Of a stretch of 51,230 nt of DNA, positions 40,686 through 50,848 are shown piece by piece; position 1 is the stretch's first letter, and each line of letters begins with the position of its first letter. The position numbers and the translations under genes are program-made. The notes under the pieces are model-generated. The model did not search any database and had not been told where the DNA came from. It worked only from the letters and a program-made list of their open reading frames with translations. Origin of the DNA: Thermodesulfovibrionales bacterium (GTDB lineage: Bacteria; Nitrospirota; Thermodesulfovibrionia; Thermodesulfovibrionales; UBA6898); NCBI GenBank assembly GCA_044450345.1, contig JBIOIY010000013.1, positions 1-51,230 of the forward strand. Direction: 5' to 3'.

Positions 40686-41942
40686 TCATTTGTTCATCAG
40701 GTCAAGAAAGTCTTTATTGCTTTTTGTTCCCCCAAGCTTGCCCATGAGAAATTCCATGCTCTCAACAGTATTGAGAGGATTGAGCACCTTTCGCAGGATC
40801 CACATCTTGTTAAGCACGTCCCTGTCTACCAGCAGTTCTTCCTTCCTTGTCCCGGAACCGTTGATGTCGATGGAGGGGAATATTCTCTTGTCGACGAGCT
40901 TTCTGTCGAGGTGGAGCTCCATGTTGCCGGTGCCTTTGAACTCCTCGAATATCACATCGTCCATCCTGCTTCCCGTGTCGACGAGCGCCGTCGCCATGAT
41001 CGTGAGACTGCCGCCGGTTTCGATATTCCTCGCCGCCCCGAAAAACCTCTTGGGCTTCTGAAGCGCGTTCGAATCGAGGCCGCCTGAAAGGACCTTGCCG
41101 CTTGTAGGCATGATAGCGTTATATGCCCTTGCAAGCCTCGTGATGCTGTCGAGGAGGATGACCACGTTCCTCCTGCTTTCCACAAGGCGCTTCGCCCTAT
41201 CTATGACCATCTCCGAGACCTGGCAGTGTCTCTGAGGAGGCTCATCAAAGGTCGAGCTTATAATCTCCGCAGAAACCTGGCGCTTCCAGTCTGTCACCTC
41301 TTCAGGCCGCTCATCGATAAGGAGGATAATAAGGTGCACGTCCCTGTGATTTTTCTTTATCCCCTTTGCGATCGACTGCAGGAGCATGGTCTTTCCGGTA
41401 CGGGGGGCAGCCACGATCATTCCCCTCTGTCCCATTCCGATGGGGGTGATCAGTTCCATCACCCTTGTTGAAAAATCCGTAGGGTCATATTCGAGCTTGA
41501 GTCTTTCGGTCGGATAGTAGGGAATGAGGTTATCAAAGAGGGGCCTTTTTACGTTTTCTTCGGGTGACTCATGATTAATGGCTTCCACCTTAAGCAGGGC
41601 AAAATATCTCTCGCTTTCCTTAGGCGGCCTTATCTGTCCTGATACGAGGTCGCCGGTCCTTAGATTGAACCTCCGTATCTGGGACGGCGATACATAAATA
41701 TCATCCGGCCCGGGAAGATAGCTGTAGTCCGGAGATCTGAGAAACCCGAAACCGTCGGGAAGGATTTCAAGAACCCCTGCAGAAAAGACATTCCCTGTCT
41801 TTTCCGCCTGCGCCTGCAGGATAGCGAAGATCAGGTCCTGTTTTCGCAGACCAGCAGCGCCCTCGACCTTCAGTTCCTTGGCTACGTCGGTAAGCTCATC
41901 GATAGTCTTTTCTTTTAATTCGGAAATCGAGATATTGCCCAT
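40686..41942 (-). CDS. rho: Transcription termination factor Rho
   Basis: [50 protein letters not shown]. Confidence 0.98.
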   Translation of the reverse strand: MGNISISELKEKTIDELTDVAKELKVEGAAGLRKQDLIFAILQAQAEKTGNVFSAGVLEILPDGFGFLRSPDYSYLPGPDDIYVSPSQIRRFNLRTGDLVSGQIRPPKESERYFALLKVEAINHESPEENVKRPLFDNLIPYYPTERLKLEYDPTDFSTRVMELITPIGMGQRGMIVAAPRTGKTMLLQSIAKGIKKNHRDVHLIILLIDERPEEVTDWKRQVSAEIISSTFDEPPQRHCQVSEMVIDRAKRLVESRRNVVILLDSITRLARAYNAIMPTSGKVLSGGLDSNALQKPKRFFGAARNIETGGSLTIMATALVDTGSRMDDVIFEEFKGTGNMELHLDRKLVDKRIFPSIDINGSGTRKEELLVDRDVLNKMWILRKVLNPLNTVESMEFLMGKLGGTKSNKDFLDLMNK

Positions 41943-42162
41943 TTACTATGCTCCTCACTGGGTTTTACTTTTTGGATTCAAATTTCCCGGAAGGTCTATT
42001 CCTATCCAGAGGGATTTGTTGTTTAGAAGAACTCTCTATCTAGTTTACCCTAAATTACAAAAAAAGAAATACCTTTGTCAAGACCAAATAAAAAATTGTA
42101 TCAAGCCCCAAAGGTTGAACAGCCGGTTCACCTGTGTTACACTCAGCAGAACATATCCGGCT

Positions 42163-42897
42163 ATGAAAAGAAATAAGACCCTCGGAATGATCGCAGCTGT
42201 CCCTTTTGAAGGGGATACGATAGCCCGGAACCTGAAGGGCGCCAGGGCAAGAAGCGCTGGCGGACTGATATGGCATTCAGGCAGGCTGGGGCAGGCCGAC
42301 ATTGTCTATGTCGTTTCCGGCATCGGAAAGACCAACGCCGCGCACGCGGCAACCGCCCTTATCCATTATTATTCTCCGGCTCTGATAGTAAACCTCGGCA
42401 TCGGCGGCGCCTATCCCTCTTCCGGACTGAACCCGGGTGACATCGCTGTTGCCTCGAAAGAGGTATACGCAGACGAGGGCGTTTTGCTGCGAAGCGGCTT
42501 TCACAACCTCAAGTTGATTAATTTACCTCTTTTGAAGATAGGACGGCGGCAGTATTTCAATGAGTTCCCCCTTGATACGGGATTAGGAGAGACCATGATG
42601 AAGGCGGCGACGGCTGCGGGATTCAGAGCCATGGAGGGAATATTTGCCACTGTTTCCACCTGTACGGGAACAAAGAAAAGGGCCGAGGAACTTTCAAAAA
42701 GATTCGGCGCAATATGCGAAAACATGGAAGGGGCCGCGGTCGCCCATAGCTGTCTTATTTATGGCATTCCCTCTGCTGAGGTGAGGGGAATAAGCAATAT
42801 AGCCCAGGAGAGGGACATGTCGAACTGGACCATCCGCTCAGCCTCCGGCAACTGCCAGAGGACCGTAATAGAGTTCGTAAATACAGTTAACCTCTGA
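42163..42897 (+). CDS. mqnB: Futalosine hydrolase
   Basis: SGIGKTNAA, GIGGAYP, TVSTCTG, ENMEGAAVA, EVRGISN; near mqnD. Start at ATG 42163 is inferred. Confidence 0.85.
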   Translation: MKRNKTLGMIAAVPFEGDTIARNLKGARARSAGGLIWHSGRLGQADIVYVVSGIGKTNAAHAATALIHYYSPALIVNLGIGGAYPSSGLNPGDIAVASKEVYADEGVLLRSGFHNLKLINLPLLKIGRRQYFNEFPLDTGLGETMMKAATAAGFRAMEGIFATVSTCTGTKKRAEELSKRFGAICENMEGAAVAHSCLIYGIPSAEVRGISNIAQERDMSNWTIRSASGNCQRTVIEFVNTVNL

Positions 42898-42987
42898 TGG
42901 CGGATTGTTTTTATATGATATGCTTTATATATTTGATATATAATATTACTAAATCGGACGATATAATATTTAGTAGGGACAGATGGA

Positions 42988-43188
42988 ATGAAGGACTCGA
43001 TCTATATATACAGCCTGAAGAGGGGATTAGGGGAGTTTTTCTGGAACTCTTGCCCGGTGTGCGGCTGTGTATCCATTAGGACGACCAGATGGGAAGATGG
43101 TTCCGTGGAACACGGTGAATGCAAGACCTGCAACCGCATGTGTGAGTTAATGGAACTGGAAGAACTTTTCGCAAAGGCATCAAGATAA
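42988..43188 (+). CDS. Small putative zinc-ribbon protein
   Basis: CPVC...CKTC pairs; fills the gap before mqnD. Confidence 0.6.
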   Translation: MKDSIYIYSLKRGLGEFFWNSCPVCGCVSIRTTRWEDGSVEHGECKTCNRMCELMELEELFAKASR

Positions 43189-43191
43189 TTG

Positions 43192-44031
43192 ATGGAGACC
43201 CTTTCCCTGGGCTATTCGCCATGCCCCAACGATACCTTCATTTTTTCCCCTCTCGTCAGCGGCAAGATCGATACAAATGGTCTGACATTCAGGGAGATCC
43301 TCGAAGACGTTGAAACGCTGAACCAAATGGCATTAGGATCTCGTCTTGATATCACAAAGGCGTCTTTCCATGCCTTTGGCCATCTGAGGGACGACTATTG
43401 CTTGCTGCGCTCGGGCGGGGCCCTTGGCAAGGGATGCGGACCGCTCGTGGTTGCCCGCGAATCAATTGAAATGCCCGACCTCAGGGGAAAGACGATTGCG
43501 ATACCCGGGGAGCTTACTACGGCCTTTCTTCTTCTCCAGATCTTTGATCCGGAACTCAAGAGAAGGGTGAAGATCATGCCCTTCAGCTCGATAATAGAAT
43601 CGGTCAAAGAGGGCGAGGCGGACGCAGGTCTCATCATCCACGAAAGTCGCTTTACATTTCAGAGGGCCGGACTTAAGAAAGTGATAGATCTCGGCGACTG
43701 GTGGGAAAAAGAGACGGGGCATCCAGTTCCCCTCGGCGGCATCCTCGGAAGGCGCGGGCTCGGAGCTGATCTGCTCCGGCGGGTAGAAATCCTTCTTAGA
43801 AAAAGCGTCGAGTACGCCTTTGCGCACAGGGGGGAATCTGTGTCATATATTAAACGACACGCCCAGGAGCTCGAGGATGAGGTCATCAACCGGCACATTA
43901 ACCTTTACGTAAACGATTACTCTCTCGATATAGGAGACAGCGGGGAGCGGGCAGTTAAAGAACTTTTCAGGATGGCCGAGGGGCGGGGGATAATAAAGAG
44001 TTCAAACAAGTCTTTGTTTATTTCCTCCTGA
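43192..44031 (+). CDS. mqnD: 1,4-dihydroxy-6-naphthoate synthase
   Basis: GYSPCPNDTF, DVETLN, GALGKGCGP, IIHESRF, HINLYVN. Confidence 0.95.
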   Translation: METLSLGYSPCPNDTFIFSPLVSGKIDTNGLTFREILEDVETLNQMALGSRLDITKASFHAFGHLRDDYCLLRSGGALGKGCGPLVVARESIEMPDLRGKTIAIPGELTTAFLLLQIFDPELKRRVKIMPFSSIIESVKEGEADAGLIIHESRFTFQRAGLKKVIDLGDWWEKETGHPVPLGGILGRRGLGADLLRRVEILLRKSVEYAFAHRGESVSYIKRHAQELEDEVINRHINLYVNDYSLDIGDSGERAVKELFRMAEGRGIIKSSNKSLFISS

Positions 44032-44100
44032 TGCTATAATTTTTTGGAGGAATTGTGAAGGGGCCGAATTTCCCAACACAATGGATCGATAAAAATAGAT

Positions 44101-44529
44101 ATGCCGGATAATAGTGAAGACAATCGCCCTGTAAAAGTCAGAAACAGGAGGGTCCATTTTGCGAACGAGCGGACCTTCCTTGCCTGGATAAGGACGAGTA
44201 TTGGGATAATGGCTTTCGGATTTGTCGTTGAGAAGTTCGGGCTTTTCGTGAAGCAGGTCTCCTATTTCCTCGGAAAATCAGGGCATCTTCCGGCCGGCGA
44301 AGCCGTCCCTCAGGCGCCCGCTTCGCCAGGCTACTCTTCGGTACTCGGGATATTCCTTGTGGGTCTCGGCGCCTTGATGGCGGTTCTGGCATTTATTCGT
44401 TACAAGAAAGTCGAAAAACAGATCGATGAAGACAGCTACCAGCCTTCAGCGATACTCGATGCGCTTCTCACGCTGGTTGTTCTCGGCGTAGCGATATTCC
44501 TGATCATATACCTGATTTACAGTATTTGA
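44101..44529 (+). CDS. DUF202 (YidH-like) membrane protein
   Basis: HFANERTFLAWIRT motif. Confidence 0.9.
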   Translation: MPDNSEDNRPVKVRNRRVHFANERTFLAWIRTSIGIMAFGFVVEKFGLFVKQVSYFLGKSGHLPAGEAVPQAPASPGYSSVLGIFLVGLGALMAVLAFIRYKKVEKQIDEDSYQPSAILDALLTLVVLGVAIFLIIYLIYSI

Positions 44530-44578
44530 TCCGTTCATGACCTTCTCGGGCTGTCAGGTCCTTCGCTCCCCCGTCTGC

Positions 44579-44608
44579 TTGACATTATTCACTTTTTGCG
44601 ATTATAAT
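44579..44608 (+). promoter_or_regulatory. sigma70 promoter of the rpmH operon
   Basis: TTGACA, 18 nt, TATAAT; both hexamers match consensus. Confidence 0.75.
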
Positions 44609-44627
44609 TTCTGCTCAGGTAAAAACT

Positions 44628-44768
44628 ATGGGAACATATACAACTTTCCACCCACATAAGATTAAGAAGAAGAGGACTCACGGTTTCCTTGAGAGGATGA
44701 GTACTCCGGGCGGTCGCACCGTAATCAAGAGGAGAAGAAGAAAAGGACGGAAAAGGCTGGCCGTTTAA
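44628..44768 (+). CDS. rpmH: 50S ribosomal protein L34 (absent from the ORF track)
   Basis: [46 protein letters not shown]. Confidence 0.95.
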   Translation: MGTYTTFHPHKIKKKRTHGFLERMSTPGGRTVIKRRRRKGRKRLAV

Positions 44769-44779
44769 AGCGAAAGAAG

Positions 44780-45136
44780 TTTTTCCATCCTCTCATCAAA
44801 AAAGGGGATTTTAAACGGGTCTTTGAGACCGGCCGCAGATTTTCTTCCAAATATCTAGTGATTTACGCATTGCCCGGTCGGCTTGATCTCAGCAGACTCG
44901 GACTTGCCGTCAGCAAAAAAACCGGTAGCGCAGTGACGCGAAACAGGATAAAACGTCGTCTGCGGGAGTCGGTAAGAAGGCACTTGGCCGAGAAGCCATT
45001 GATGTATGACATCGTGATCGTCGCAAGGGCAGCGGCCGCTGACGCAGAATTCGCCGACTTAGACGGAGTCGTTTCCAAAACATTTGTCGGACTTTTTAAT
45101 GAAGATACTACTGATAGCAATAGTGAAGGCATATAA
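44780..45136 (+). CDS. rnpA: Ribonuclease P protein component (start unresolved)
   Basis: [25 protein letters not shown]. The conserved [11 protein letters not shown] segment is in frame upstream of the first GTG (44858). The start coordinate is approximate. Confidence 0.9.
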   Translation, partial: FFHPLIKKGDFKRVFETGRRFSSKYLVIYALPGRLDLSRLGLAVSKKTGSAVTRNRIKRRLRESVRRHLAEKPLMYDIVIVARAAAADAEFADLDGVVSKTFVGLFNEDTTDSNSEGI

Positions 45137-45308
45137 ATATCTCATCTCCCCTATCCTGCCCGGAAGTTGCAGGTTTGTCCCTTCCTGCTCCGAATATGCG
45201 ATCGAGGCGCTCAGGAAATACGGGGCACTGAGGGGGACTTACCTGTCGGCAAAGAGGGTGGCGAGATGCCATCCCCTTCACCCCGGCGGGTTTGATCCGG
45301 TGAAATAA
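45099..45308 (+). CDS. yidD: Membrane protein insertion efficiency factor
   Basis: [10 protein letters not shown]...[13 protein letters not shown]. Confidence 0.95.
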   Translation: MKILLIAIVKAYKYLISPILPGSCRFVPSCSEYAIEALRKYGALRGTYLSAKRVARCHPLHPGGFDPVK

Positions 45309-45310
45309 CC

Positions 45311-46873
45311 ATGGAAAACAGAACCCTGATCGCTATTGTCCTCTCGGTCTTCGTGCTCATCGCTTCCCAGTATTTATTGTCGAAACAGGAGCCGCCGGTC
45401 CGGCAGGCGAAGCCTTCCGTAGAAAAAAAGGAAGAGGCGGCCAAACCTGCTGTCCCGGTAGTTGCGGAAACTCCTTCTGCCGATGAAAAGGAGATAAGGG
45501 TCGAAAATGACCTTTATACTGCGATTTTCTCATCAAGGGGCGGTACGGCCAGGTACTGGGAGGTCAAGAAATATAAAGACAAAATGGGGAAGGACGTCAT
45601 CCTTCTGCCAAAACCCGGACCAATGCCGGCTCTCGGAATTGGGGCAAACACGAATTTCGATCTCTCCCGCGTTAACTTCAGCGTATCGGGCGGCGACCTC
45701 AAACTCGACGAAAATAATAAAACCGGCTCGATCGTCTTTGCATATTCCAAAGACGGTGTCTCGATCAGAAGGTCGTATACTTTCTATGCCGGGAGCTATA
45801 GAGTCGATCTCACGGACGAGGCAACGGGGCTTCCTGAATACTGGATAACCCTGGGCTCTGATTTCGGGATCTTCGACAATGCGGCGGGGTATACCCATGT
45901 CGGTCCTGCGCTCCTGAAGGGCGCGACGCTCGAAGAATTGAAGCCCGGAAAACTCGGCGAGCCCAAGACCTTCAAGGATGACCTCAGGTGGATCGCCCAG
46001 GAGGACAAATACTTCTTTTCTGCGATCGTCCCTGCCGGCAAGGTGGAAGAGGCGCGGGCATGGACGCACAACAACTCTCCTGTCATCGCCTTTAAAGGCA
46101 CGCCAGGTGAAAATAAGTTTTATATCTACGCGGGGCCTAAAGACCATGACAGTCTTGCGAAGCTCAACCTTGGGCTCGAGCACATAATCGATTTTGGCTT
46201 TTTTTCCATTATCGCCCGTCCCCTTTTCTGGGTGCTGAAGTTCTTTTATCGGTTCCTCGGCAATTACGGCTGGGCCATAGTCCTCCTGACGATAGTGGTG
46301 AGGATACCCTTCATCCCGATTCTGAACAAGGGGCAGAAGTCGATGAAGAAACTCCAGGAACTTCAGCCAAAGATGAGCGAGATCAAAGAGAAATACAAAA
46401 AGGACCCCCAGAAGATGCAGGCCGAGATGATGGAACTCTACAAAAAATACAAGGTCAATCCTATGAGCGGTTGTCTGCCGATGCTCCTCCAGATCCCTGT
46501 GTTCTTCGCGTTGTATAAAGTCCTCCTGATCGCTATAGAGCTGCGTGGCGCGCCTTTTATGCTCTGGATAACGGACCTCTCGGGGCCCGATACACTTTTC
46601 GGCCATATTCCCAGTTGGCTTCCCCTGCTCGCCGGTTCTGCCGTCGGCCCGCTTCCCATTGTAATGGGCATTACCATGGTGATCCAGCAGAAGATGACGC
46701 CGACAGCCGGCGACCCAAGACAGGCAAAGATGATGATGCTCATGCCGATTGTATTCACCTTCATGTTCCTGAATTTCGCGTCGGGACTTGTCATCTACTG
46801 GCTCACGAACAACATCCTCAGCATCATACAGCAGTTTTTCGTCAACAGAAAAATTTCAAAGCAGACCGCATAA
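45311..46873 (+). CDS. yidC: Membrane protein insertase YidC
   Basis: GNYGWAIV, GCLPMLLQIPVFFALY, WITDLS, GLVIYW. Confidence 0.97.
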   Translation: MENRTLIAIVLSVFVLIASQYLLSKQEPPVRQAKPSVEKKEEAAKPAVPVVAETPSADEKEIRVENDLYTAIFSSRGGTARYWEVKKYKDKMGKDVILLPKPGPMPALGIGANTNFDLSRVNFSVSGGDLKLDENNKTGSIVFAYSKDGVSIRRSYTFYAGSYRVDLTDEATGLPEYWITLGSDFGIFDNAAGYTHVGPALLKGATLEELKPGKLGEPKTFKDDLRWIAQEDKYFFSAIVPAGKVEEARAWTHNNSPVIAFKGTPGENKFYIYAGPKDHDSLAKLNLGLEHIIDFGFFSIIARPLFWVLKFFYRFLGNYGWAIVLLTIVVRIPFIPILNKGQKSMKKLQELQPKMSEIKEKYKKDPQKMQAEMMELYKKYKVNPMSGCLPMLLQIPVFFALYKVLLIAIELRGAPFMLWITDLSGPDTLFGHIPSWLPLLAGSAVGPLPIVMGITMVIQQKMTPTAGDPRQAKMMMLMPIVFTFMFLNFASGLVIYWLTNNILSIIQQFFVNRKISKQTA

Positions 46874-46932
46874 TACCCTGAGACTAAGAATCGGGTTTCC
46901 TTTTTAAAAAGTCGATGGAGTAAACTATTTTT

Positions 46933-48315
46933 ATGAATTCTCTCGAGGATACAATCGCCGCAATATCGACTCCCGTCGGCCAGGGCGGGATAGGGATTGT
47001 ACGACTGAGCGGCCCGGAATCGCTATCGATCGCGGACAGGATCTTCAGACCGGCAAAAAAGACGGGGGTTACGGAGGCGAAGGCCTTTTCTATTGTTTAC
47101 GGTCACGTGGTTGACCACGAGAGCGGGGCAGAGATCGATGAGGCGCTTGTCTCGGTGATGCGGGCTCCAAATTCTTATACAAGGGAAGACATTGTCGAGA
47201 TCAACTGTCACGGCGGCATGGTGGCGGTGAGGAGGATACTCGGACTCGTTCTCGAACAAGGGGCGAAGCTTGCAGACCCCGGGGAGTTTACGAAGAGGGC
47301 CTTTCTGAACGGACGCATAAGCCTTACCCAGGCAGAGGCGGTGATGGACCTCATTTCCGCAAAGACAGAGGAGAGCATGAGGATAGCGGTCGACCAACTT
47401 AGGGGCGGCCTTTCCGAAAAACTTGGCGTGCTTAGAAACTCCCTGATAGAAATCTGCGCGCATGCCGAGGCCTATATCGATTTTCCTGAAGAGGAGATCA
47501 AATCAAAGACACTGGAGGAAATGGGAGGGCGTCTCGGTACAGTCAGAGATGAGTGCGAGCGGTTGTCCCGAACGTTTGAAGAGGCACGGTTCTTCAGGGA
47601 AGGGCTTTCCGTCGCGATCATAGGAAGACCGAATGTCGGCAAGTCGTCCCTGCTGAATGCCTTGCTCAAAAGGGAGAGGGCCATCGTAAATGCAATCCCG
47701 GGAACTACCAGAGATACCATAGAGGAATATCTGAATATTCAAGGACTTCCGGTAAGGATTGTTGATACGGCCGGAATCAGGAGTTCGTCCGAGGCCGTTG
47801 AAAAGGAGGGCATAAGACGGAGCATCGAAGCACTCGAACGGGCAGATTTCGTGATCGCAATGCTTGACGGCAGCGAGACAATGAAAGACGGAGACCGGGA
47901 TATCCTGGAGAAAATAAAAGAAAAGAATGCTGTCGTAGTGATAAATAAATCCGACCTTCCGGGGATGATGAATCTTGACGAAGGGATGCTGCAGGAAAAA
48001 AAATATATCTCCATATCCGCCAGGGATGGTGAAGGCCTTGAGGAGTTGAAGTCCCTTGTTTTTCAGTCGACCCTGACGGACTGGAAGGAAGGCTGTGAGG
48101 GCATTATCGTAACGAACATAAGGCACAAGCTGGCCCTTGACCGGGCATCCGCATCGCTCGCAAGGGCTATTGATATAATGAAGACCAATCAACCCCTCGA
48201 GATTTTGGCTATAGAACTGAGGGATGCCCTCGACCGCATCGGAGAAATTACGGGAGAGGTGACTACCGAGGAACTTCTTAATAAAATATTCAGCGATTTC
48301 TGCATAGGCAAATGA
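46933..48315 (+). CDS. mnmE: tRNA modification GTPase MnmE
   Basis: DTIAAIST, GRPNVGKSSL, GTTRD, DTAG, NKSD, FCIGK C-terminus. Confidence 0.98.
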   Translation: MNSLEDTIAAISTPVGQGGIGIVRLSGPESLSIADRIFRPAKKTGVTEAKAFSIVYGHVVDHESGAEIDEALVSVMRAPNSYTREDIVEINCHGGMVAVRRILGLVLEQGAKLADPGEFTKRAFLNGRISLTQAEAVMDLISAKTEESMRIAVDQLRGGLSEKLGVLRNSLIEICAHAEAYIDFPEEEIKSKTLEEMGGRLGTVRDECERLSRTFEEARFFREGLSVAIIGRPNVGKSSLLNALLKRERAIVNAIPGTTRDTIEEYLNIQGLPVRIVDTAGIRSSSEAVEKEGIRRSIEALERADFVIAMLDGSETMKDGDRDILEKIKEKNAVVVINKSDLPGMMNLDEGMLQEKKYISISARDGEGLEELKSLVFQSTLTDWKEGCEGIIVTNIRHKLALDRASASLARAIDIMKTNQPLEILAIELRDALDRIGEITGEVTTEELLNKIFSDFCIGK

Positions 48316-48464
48316 CAAAAGCTATCAACGGGCAGCCTTTAGTGAAGAATGCGGTAATTTCTCGACGCCGGAGTTTTGACTGTTTCCTGCGTAACGATTA
48401 TTCTATTGATGAGAACAGACGGCTGACTGCTAAAAAGCATAGAGGGGGTTAAAAACAATAAGGG

Positions 48465-50120
48465 ATGGATACCAAGGTCGTATATGTCATAGGGCATAAA
48501 AACCCCGACACGGATTCGATCTGTTCTGCGATAGGGTACGCGCACTTCAAAAACGTGACGGACAAGAGGTATCTCTTTACTCCGGCCCGTGCCGGAAAGG
48601 TCAACGAGGAGACCCGGTTCGTACTCGAGAGGTTTGGAGTGCCGGCACCTAACGAAATAGAGAGTTTAGCAGCCACGGTGAGCGATCTCGTGCTGCAGAA
48701 GCCTATTTTGGTCCACGTCCGAGATTCTGTTCAAGCCCTTGCCCTTTTGATGAGGGAGAAGGGCGTCCGTTCAGTCCCGGTTGTCGACGACGCCGGAAGA
48801 TTTGCAGGTATAGTGGGGCTCAAAGACATAGCGCGGCACTACATGGACAGTGTCGGTTTCACGGACATCTCCGGAACACCCATCAGCCTCGATATATTCA
48901 TCAAGACCCTTGAAGGCCGAGTCATCAGCAATGCGAATAAAGTCGATACCCTGGCCGGAAAGACCATCATCGCATCCATGCAGAAAGGCACTGTGCTTAA
49001 CAAGGTGCGCGCCGGTGATATCGTGATCATCGGGGATCAGCAGGATATCCAGATGGAGATCATACGTGCCGGATGCTCCGCCGTGGTCGTTACAGATGGG
49101 ATGCCTGTAGGAAACGACATCATATCCGCTGCGGAGGAACGCGGCACATTATTGATTTCATCTCCTCATCATGCCTTTGCGACCGTCCAGTTGATGACTA
49201 TGTCCGAACCAGTGTCTTCCATAATGTGCTCGACAAACCCGACGGTCGGCCTCTATACCCCCATCTCCGAACTCCGGAAGACTATCTTGGAGTCTGAATA
49301 CCGTTCGGCAGTTGTTGTAGACAGCGATGAGAGACTGATAGGGTTTGTCACCAGGACGGACCTCCTCAGCCCCGTCAGAAAAAAGGCGATACTGGTGGAT
49401 CACAATGAGATCTCCCAGGCCGTCGACAATATCGATGAGGCGGAGATCATGGAGATCATCGACCATCACCGCGTCGGAGATATCTCTACTGTGGCCCCGA
49501 TATACGTATATAATGACCCCATAGGCAGCACGTGCACTGTTGTGGCTGGCATGATGTTTCTCCACGGGGTGAATATCCCCAATGAGATCGCAGGGCTTCT
49601 TCTTTCGGGGATTCTGTCGGACACCCTTATCCTCACCCTTTCGACTACGACGGATCGTGACCATACGACTGCAGAACGGCTCGCAGAAATTGCAGGGGTC
49701 TCGATCAAGGGGTACGGGAAAGAACTCCTTAAGGCGAGCATCAACATTCAGGGAAAGAGCGCAACAGAGCTGATCGCGGCAGATTTCAAGGAATTCCTTA
49801 TCGCCGGGAAAAAGCTGGGGATAAGCCAGATGATGGTCCTCGACTGTGAGGATATCGATCTCAGAGAAGAAGAATTCCTTGCCGAGCTTGAAAGCCTCAG
49901 AAAGGCGAATGGATACAACCTTACCGCTTTGCTTGTAACAAACCCCATTAATTCCCGGCAGGAACGAGTGCTTCTCAAGGGGGAGACGTGGATCGTCGAG
50001 AAGGCTTTCAATGTAAAGATCGAAGGGGGCATGTGCACACTGCCGAGTGTCCTTTCCAGGAAAAAAGATTTTATTCCGGCGCTCGGACGGGCATTGAGTA
50101 TGGCTGGTTCCGGCGGATAA
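48465..50120 (+). CDS. ppaC: Family II Mn-dependent inorganic pyrophosphatase with a CBS-DRTGG insert
   Basis: GHKNPDTDS, LVDHNE, IDHH, ILSDT, SRKK; CBS/DRTGG region in the middle. Confidence 0.92.
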   Translation: MDTKVVYVIGHKNPDTDSICSAIGYAHFKNVTDKRYLFTPARAGKVNEETRFVLERFGVPAPNEIESLAATVSDLVLQKPILVHVRDSVQALALLMREKGVRSVPVVDDAGRFAGIVGLKDIARHYMDSVGFTDISGTPISLDIFIKTLEGRVISNANKVDTLAGKTIIASMQKGTVLNKVRAGDIVIIGDQQDIQMEIIRAGCSAVVVTDGMPVGNDIISAAEERGTLLISSPHHAFATVQLMTMSEPVSSIMCSTNPTVGLYTPISELRKTILESEYRSAVVVDSDERLIGFVTRTDLLSPVRKKAILVDHNEISQAVDNIDEAEIMEIIDHHRVGDISTVAPIYVYNDPIGSTCTVVAGMMFLHGVNIPNEIAGLLLSGILSDTLILTLSTTTDRDHTTAERLAEIAGVSIKGYGKELLKASINIQGKSATELIAADFKEFLIAGKKLGISQMMVLDCEDIDLREEEFLAELESLRKANGYNLTALLVTNPINSRQERVLLKGETWIVEKAFNVKIEGGMCTLPSVLSRKKDFIPALGRALSMAGSGG

Positions 50121-50132
50121 TACGCTGAGTGA

Positions 50133-50157
50133 GGGGCGTATCGCAATACGCCCTTAC
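50133..50157. repeat. REP-like palindrome (GTAG family variant), intergenic
   Basis: GGGGCGTATCGCAATACGCCCTTAC; same stem as the host repeat at 24225-24278. Confidence 0.7.
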
Positions 50158-50224
50158 ATTATTTATAATCTTTGATCAAATTTTGTATACTATAGCACTG
50201 TAGCTGTCAGCACTTGCCGAATGT

Positions 50225-50311
50225 GCCGGTGTGGTGGAACTGGCAGACGCGCCGGACTCAAAATCCGGTGGGGGCAACCCCGTGTCGGTTCGATTCCGAC
50301 CACCGGCACCA
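50225..50311 (+). tRNA. tRNA-Leu(CAA)
   Basis: GCCGGTG/CACCGGC acceptor stem, CCGGA-CTCAAAA-TCCGG anticodon arm, long variable arm, GGTTCGATTCC, encoded CCA. Confidence 0.97.
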
Positions 50312-50353
50312 TCTATTTTTCTTATCTTATGCCTCTACTCTGCTCGCTCCGAA

Positions 50354-50692
50354 TCATTTCTTCTTCAGGGACGTAATATAGGCGACGATGTCCTTCATCT
50401 GCCCGGAGTTGACATCAATGGCCTTCCCCTCGCCGGCGTTTACGATGCACGCATTAACGGCTTCCTCAAGGGTTTGCTGTGTCCCTCCTGCAACATGGAA
50501 TACTTTTTTCCCTGCCGCATTTTCCAGTCCACTTCCATCCGGATGACACGCGCTGCACGCTCTAGCGCCCCCGAAGGCCTTGGGGTCAATGAAAAGAGCC
50601 TTTCCTTTTTTAGCGTCTCCTGCAGCAAAGACGTCAGAAGACATACATCCCAGAACTATCATGGCCGCCATCAAGTAAAAAAAGATCTTCAT
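50354..50692 (-). CDS. Small periplasmic monoheme cytochrome c
   Basis: AGGAGG SD, signal peptide MKIFFYL..., GDAKKGKALF, CSACH. Confidence 0.88.
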   Translation of the reverse strand: MKIFFYLMAAMIVLGCMSSDVFAAGDAKKGKALFIDPKAFGGARACSACHPDGSGLENAAGKKVFHVAGGTQQTLEEAVNACIVNAGEGKAIDVNSGQMKDIVAYITSLKKK

Positions 50693-50795
50693 AGTATTTA
50701 CCTCCTCTTTTGATTTCAGTGTACTAAGAAATGGGCGTGCCTGCAATCAGGATAGGCAACTGCGTCTCAACGCGTGACAGGTGAAACAGAAAGGC

Positions 50796-50829
50796 AAAAA
50801 AAAGGGTCGCGGCTGTATAGTCGCGACCC
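50796..50829 (-). terminator. Intrinsic terminator after the YeeE/YedE gene
   Basis: Minus strand GGGTCGCGAC-loop-GCCGCGACCC followed by T8. Confidence 0.8.
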
Positions 50830-50848
50830 GAGTGCAGTGGAAGAATAA

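Noticed and set aside
50225..50350. tRNA-Leu as an integration site
   Set aside because: No integrase and no duplicated tRNA 3' end were seen within the window.
50231..50713. 160-aa ORF starting MVELADAPDSKSG
   Set aside because: It is a translation of tRNA-Leu plus the antisense of the cytochrome c gene.
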